From contig OZ287076.1 of the NCBI GenBank assembly GCA_965645245.1, positions 1,984,001 through 2,048,000 on the forward strand: 64,000 nt of DNA. The letters run 5' to 3'. Position 1 is the first letter of the stretch. Each line of letters begins with the position of its first letter. The notes under the pieces were generated by a model. That model saw only the letters and a program-made list of their open reading frames with translations. It was not told the DNA's origin and made no database searches. This DNA is from Massalongia carnosa (lineage: Eukaryota). Below, in pieces: positions 59,379-64,000 of the stretch. The position numbers and the translations under genes are program-made.

Positions 59379-62300
59379 TGTAAGAGTCAGACCTGGCGAT
59401 TATCAGACACCAGGCCTAGGGATATGTGACAATGTGAAGACACTAATGATTTGCTATACTAATATACTAAAAGAAGTATGTAGGTAAAGCGGAAGACTAA
59501 TCGTTGAAGATTGCATCTCCCTCGAGCAGCCTCCTTATATACCCGGACCGAAGCCCTTGACCCTCTGGGCCCTTGATACTGTAACTATCTTGACCGCCCA
59601 TTACTCCTACCGGATAAGCCGGCTAAACACTCTGCTGACTGCATCGTGGACACTGTGCTGACTGTATCGTGGACACTGTGCTGACTGTATCGTACCATCC
59701 GCTCACTAATCGTACGAGCATCCTCGTATATCTCGATCGCTCGTACTATACTCTCGGCAGTAGATACCAGCCGCGTAACGCAGACCAACTGCTTTCCATA
59801 TGACTAAGCCTAGCCGTAGAACTAAGCCCCGCTTAGTTAGCTTAGCCCTTATTCCTTCTATGCCCTGACAATTGCCTCCTCTCCTATAGTGCTGGTCCTC
59901 CAGCACGTACAGTACTCGAACGCGGAAGGGAGTGTGTAGGGACGTGATAGAAGATGTCGCGTAGATAGCAAGTTTGTTGTGTAGAAAGCGCGAATACCTG
60001 GCGCTTGACGTAGGTAGATGTAAATATCACTAGCTTCTCGGTAATGCTGGGTTGGTGGTTTGTTGATTTAGGTGAAGACGGTGAGGAGTACGAGATTGTT
60101 GTCTCCGAAAGCTCCTCCAGCGAGAGTCTCAAGGAAGAAAAGGGTGATGAGGAGTCGGACGAGGAAGTAGAAGATACTGATGGTGATGATGAGGTGCCGG
60201 ACGAGAAAGCAGAAGGTTCCGATGGTGATGAGATGGCGAATAAGAAGGGTTTCGCTGGATTCATCGAGTAACCTGTAGTTTCTTGATTCGCCTGCGCTTT
60301 GCTTTCGGCTTTGCATCGAAATCCTGCTTCAGTTCTAAGGCTCCATCCAGATCTTTCTCTGGTACCCACTCATCATATTCTTCAGGGTATCCTACCCATT
60401 TTACCTTATAGAATATTTCCCCTTTCTCAGACCTTCTACCTATAATTTCTTCCACTTCCCATTCCTGTTCATCGTTAATAATTTCAGGTGGGGGTAGAAA
60501 CGGTATATGCTCTTGACCATCTCTTCGCTTGTAAGGTTCTAGGTAAGAGACATGAAAGACCGGGTGAATTCTATAAGTCGTAGGAAGAGCAAGACGATAT
60601 GCCTGCTTGCCGACTGCTTCTAGAATGCGAAAAGGACCTAAAAACTTATGTGAAAGTTTCTTACTAGGCCTTTTTTGTTTTAGATTCTTGGCAGATAACA
60701 TTACCAAGTCCCCTTCATTGAAATCTTTCTCAAGATGTTTCCTGTTGTAGTACTTGGCCTGCGCTTCGGATACGCTATTCCAGCGTGCCTCTAAAGAATA
60801 TCTGAACTCTTGTAATTGCTTTACTCGTTCTTTCGCAGCGGGCACCCTCTCCACAGCGATGTCGTCCCCGACTTCGTAGCGAATCTCCGGGTTATAGCCG
60901 TACATACAATAAAAGGGGCTGCACCCAAGCGTACTTTGATAACTGACTTGGTAGACAAATTGTGCTAGGGGCAATAGTGCCACCCAGTTGGATTGATTGT
61001 CAGTGCAGTAAACTCTCAAATAGTGTTCAAGGGTCTGGTTTTGTCGTTCGGTTTGGCCATCAGTTTGAGGGTGAAAGGCCGTGCTAAGCCGGCGTTTTGT
61101 CTTTAAATGAAAACAAATTTCTGACCAGTACTCACTGGTAAAGACCGACCCTCTATCCGATACTATGCCCTCAGGAGTGCCGAACTGTAATACTACCGAT
61201 TCAAACAGAATTTCTGCAAGGTCCACTGCATTGATTTTTTTCGTAACCGGGATGTATAGCGCCATTTTGGTATATCTATCCACAATTACTAGGCACGAGT
61301 CATAAACCCGGCCGAAACGCTTGCTAGGTGGAAACCCAGTTATGAAATCCATAGTGATTTCTTTCCAAGGACCGGAAGGACGTGGAAGCGATTGCATAAC
61401 CCCGTAAGATCGGTGCCTAGGCGCCTTCGTCCTTTGACAAATGTCGCAGGATTCCGTGTACTTCTTCACAGTCATGTTAAGTCCTTTCCAATAGTATTTG
61501 CGGGTAAGCAACTCAGCTGTTTTCTCCGCACCAAAATGACCCGCGAGCTCGTCGTCATGATGACGCCGCAACAGCTCCGCACGAATAGATTCTTCATCGG
61601 GCACGTAAATTCTGCCACGATGATTGAGAAGATCATTGCTATCTATAGTCCAAATTGCTTCGGGGGAGCGACCACCCTTGCGCTTCAAAGAATTAGCAAC
61701 GGTCTCTCGCCTGCTAGACACGAATGCGTCTTTCCCCTGTAGCGCCTTGATGAGTTCAAGCACTGACTTGGAAGCACTTTCCAAAGGCTTTTCTTCATCT
61801 GATAAGGCAACAGCTACAGCCCGGGGAATACATTGCGTCAAGCCGACTTCAAAAGTATCACTCTCTTCGTCAAGAGAAGTAATTGATTTAGAGGTTTCAC
61901 CCTCTAAATTCTCCAGGGGTTCAATCCCGGACGAAGCTATCTTTGAGCGAAGATCATACCTAAGTGCGGCAAGCACCGTACGAATTCCCGGCGTATAACC
62001 TACGCATAAGGAATCTATTTTGCTCAGCTTCTTTTGAAGAGTAGGCAACAATCTCGTCACCTCGGTGTTGATGCTCTGATAATCAGGGCGCCTAGACGGT
62101 GCATCGGCAGGATTGGTCTTTCCCGAGCGATGCATGATTACGAAATCATAAGCGGCTAATTTCATAGCCCATCGCGCTTGCCGACCACTCAACACCTTAA
62201 TAGTCATAAAACCCCTCAAATTGTTGTGGTCTGTCAGGACCTCAACGGGGTGCAGGCTACCCTCCAGGTAATGCCTCCAGTGTTTAAAACACATCACAAT

Positions 62301-64000
62301 GGCCAGCAACTCTTGATCATGGGTTTCATAGTTGCGCTCGGCCGGTATCATCTTCCGCGAGTAGAAAGCGACGGGATGCCATTGCCCATCCTTCTGCAAC
62401 TGGGAGATAATGCCAGAGATTCCGAAATCCGATGCATCGGTCTCTAGGCGAATGAGCAGTTCTGGATCGAAGTGAACCAAGATGGGCGCGCCCTGAAAGG
62501 CTTCTTTCAGCTTGCTAAACGCTTCCGCTCCTTCGGCCGTAAGATAAAAAGTACCCCTTTTTATCCCAGCCTGCATGCCTTTCAGCATGTCAGTCAATGG
62601 CCTAGTGATTTGAGAATAATGACGTATGAAACGTCGATAGAAATTGGCGAATCCTAGAAAGACCTGAATGTCTCGAAAGGACTGAAGTGCAGGCCAATCC
62701 CGCACGGTTTCAACCCGGCGTGGATCCATGGAGATACCATCGCTGCTAATGATAAACCCTAGATATTCCACGGCCGGAGCAAAGAACTCGCACTTTTTAA
62801 GATTTGCATAGAGATCGTGTTTCCTTAGACGACGTAACACCTCTTTAACATGCTCCACATGGCTGGTTCTATCTTTGGAAAATACCAATATATCGTCCAG
62901 ATAGACTACGCAGAAAACATCCACGATCCCAGATAAAGCTTTATTGATGTAAGCTTGAAAAGTTGCAGGGGCGTTGGCTAATCCAAAAGGCATAACCATA
63001 TACTCGTAGTGTCCGTAACGGGATCGAAATGCCGTCTTCCACTCGTCGCCCTTGCGGATTCGGAGACGATGATAAGCATCTCGCAAATCCATTTTGGTAA
63101 AATAGGAACACACGTTTAACTGATCCAGTATCTGCGTGATAAGAGGGAGCGGATGACGATTCTTTTTGGTCACCTTATTCAATCCTCGATAGTCAACGCA
63201 GAGGCGCAGAGTACCGTCCTTCTTAGGCACAAATAGTATTGGTGCACCTGCAGAACTGGTGGAGTGCCGGATCCAACCCTTCGCCAGGGCGTCGTCAAGA
63301 TATTCCCGAAGAGTCTTAAGCTCCGTATTCGATAAGTTGTATAAAGGACCATAAGGTGGATCACCGCCTTCTAAATCGATAGCGTGGTCACAGTCCTTGT
63401 GCGTAGCTAATTGATTGGCTCTGTCCTTAGAAAAAACATCCTGGAATTCAGCAAATTCCACAGGTATCCCCTGCGTTTCGTTGGTGTTCCGGCTGTTGTT
63501 CTCATCAACAGCGCCAACATTAACAGGTTGTCTTTCGGAAGAAGGTGCAATGGGTTGAGCCACTATAGCATAAAGTGGTGCCCCGGAATCCAGGGTCTTC
63601 GCAAACTGTTTAGGCTTGCACAACTCGAACATATCAGACTGAAAGCCATAACGCCAGCGCTTCGCTCCATAATCGATTACGATACCCAGCTGTTTGAGAC
63701 CAGGGAGACCCAACACCAAGTCAGGGCCCTGTTTGTCAATTGCGTAAAACACGCTGGTAAAGGTGCGCTGTCGTTCCCAAGTATCCTCGAGAGCCATTAC
63801 TACCTCATAAGCTCCATAGCAGTAAACCTCTTTACCATCCATGAATTGAGGAGCAGGTAGTTCGCTTTCAATAGGTCTAAGATCTGAAGCGACGGCGAAT
63901 CCCTGATTAATCACATTAATCTCGGCTGCTCCATCAAGCAACACTGTCGCCGGGTATTTTTGGACTCCCCTCGTTATAGTCCCCTCAGGAATTAGGCTTG
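59379..64000 (-). mobile_element. Chromovirus (Ty3/gypsy) element 4, continuing beyond the window
   Basis: 3' LTR 59379-59870 (TG...CA, with 3 x 23-bp internal repeat) and PPT AGGAGAGGAGG. Confidence 0.93.
60261..64000 (-). CDS. pol: Intact pol: PR-RT-RH-IN-chromodomain (5' end outside the window)
   Basis: LLDGAAE, YLDD, ETDASD, HPQTDGQTE, GPF, WEVEEII...YKVKWVGY. Confidence 0.96.
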   Translation of the reverse strand, partial: SLIPEGTITRGVQKYPATVLLDGAAEINVINQGFAVASDLRPIESELPAPQFMDGKEVYCYGAYEVVMALEDTWERQRTFTSVFYAIDKQGPDLVLGLPGLKQLGIVIDYGAKRWRYGFQSDMFELCKPKQFAKTLDSGAPLYAIVAQPIAPSSERQPVNVGAVDENNSRNTNETQGIPVEFAEFQDVFSKDRANQLATHKDCDHAIDLEGGDPPYGPLYNLSNTELKTLREYLDDALAKGWIRHSTSSAGAPILFVPKKDGTLRLCVDYRGLNKVTKKNRHPLPLITQILDQLNVCSYFTKMDLRDAYHRLRIRKGDEWKTAFRSRYGHYEYMVMPFGLANAPATFQAYINKALSGIVDVFCVVYLDDILVFSKDRTSHVEHVKEVLRRLRKHDLYANLKKCEFFAPAVEYLGFIISSDGISMDPRRVETVRDWPALQSFRDIQVFLGFANFYRRFIRHYSQITRPLTDMLKGMQAGIKRGTFYLTAEGAEAFSKLKEAFQGAPILVHFDPELLIRLETDASDFGISGIISQLQKDGQWHPVAFYSRKMIPAERNYETHDQELLAIVMCFKHWRHYLEGSLHPVEVLTDHNNLRGFMTIKVLSGRQARWAMKLAAYDFVIMHRSGKTNPADAPSRRPDYQSINTEVTRLLPTLQKKLSKIDSLCVGYTPGIRTVLAALRYDLRSKIASSGIEPLENLEGETSKSITSLDEESDTFEVGLTQCIPRAVAVALSDEEKPLESASKSVLELIKALQGKDAFVSSRRETVANSLKRKGGRSPEAIWTIDSNDLLNHRGRIYVPDEESIRAELLRRHHDDELAGHFGAEKTAELLTRKYYWKGLNMTVKKYTESCDICQRTKAPRHRSYGVMQSLPRPSGPWKEITMDFITGFPPSKRFGRVYDSCLVIVDRYTKMALYIPVTKKINAVDLAEILFESVVLQFGTPEGIVSDRGSVFTSEYWSEICFHLKTKRRLSTAFHPQTDGQTERQNQTLEHYLRVYCTDNQSNWVALLPLAQFVYQVSYQSTLGCSPFYCMYGYNPEIRYEVGDDIAVERVPAAKERVKQLQEFRYSLEARWNSVSEAQAKYYNRKHLEKDFNEGDLVMLSAKNLKQKRPSKKLSHKFLGPFRILEAVGKQAYRLALPTTYRIHPVFHVSYLEPYKRRDGQEHIPFLPPPEIINDEQEWEVEEIIGRRSEKGEIFYKVKWVGYPEEYDEWVPEKDLDGALELKQDFDAKPKAKRRRIKKLQVTR

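Noticed and set aside
1..64000. Starship element
   Set aside because: The cargo-like genes are suggestive, but no tyrosine recombinase captain or boundary is visible in this window.

Overview
This is a eukaryotic, most likely filamentous-ascomycete, transposon nest. The evidence is Tad1-like LINEs, Fot1/pogo elements, short GT..CTRAC..AG introns and RIP-like CpA>TpA stops. Most of the window is mobile DNA. It holds one intact Tad1-like LINE and one 5'-truncated relative, four Ty3/gypsy elements (one with an intact chromodomain pol), one near-intact Ty1/copia, and 11 TSD-flanked solo LTRs nested several layers deep. It also holds three hAT-type MITEs, pogo, Tc1 and piggyBac remnants, two MULE deletion derivatives plus an orphan MULE end, and a CACTA/EnSpm-like transposase with a divergent partner gene. 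Non-TE genes are a HeLo-like(SesA)-ankyrin gene with a duplicated pseudogene copy, and a spherulin-4/GH135-like gene. The best leads are: (1) a candidate programmed TGA-CAACCA gag/pol readthrough in the copia; (2) a 15 x 23-bp minisatellite in copia pol whose frameshift appears compensated; (3) a GH135 gene bracketed by inverted MULE ends; (4) a NACHT-less HeLo-like-ankyrin gene with mosaic divergence between its copies; (5) a compact divergent two-gene CACTA-like module. All family calls come from motif recognition by eye; no searches were run.
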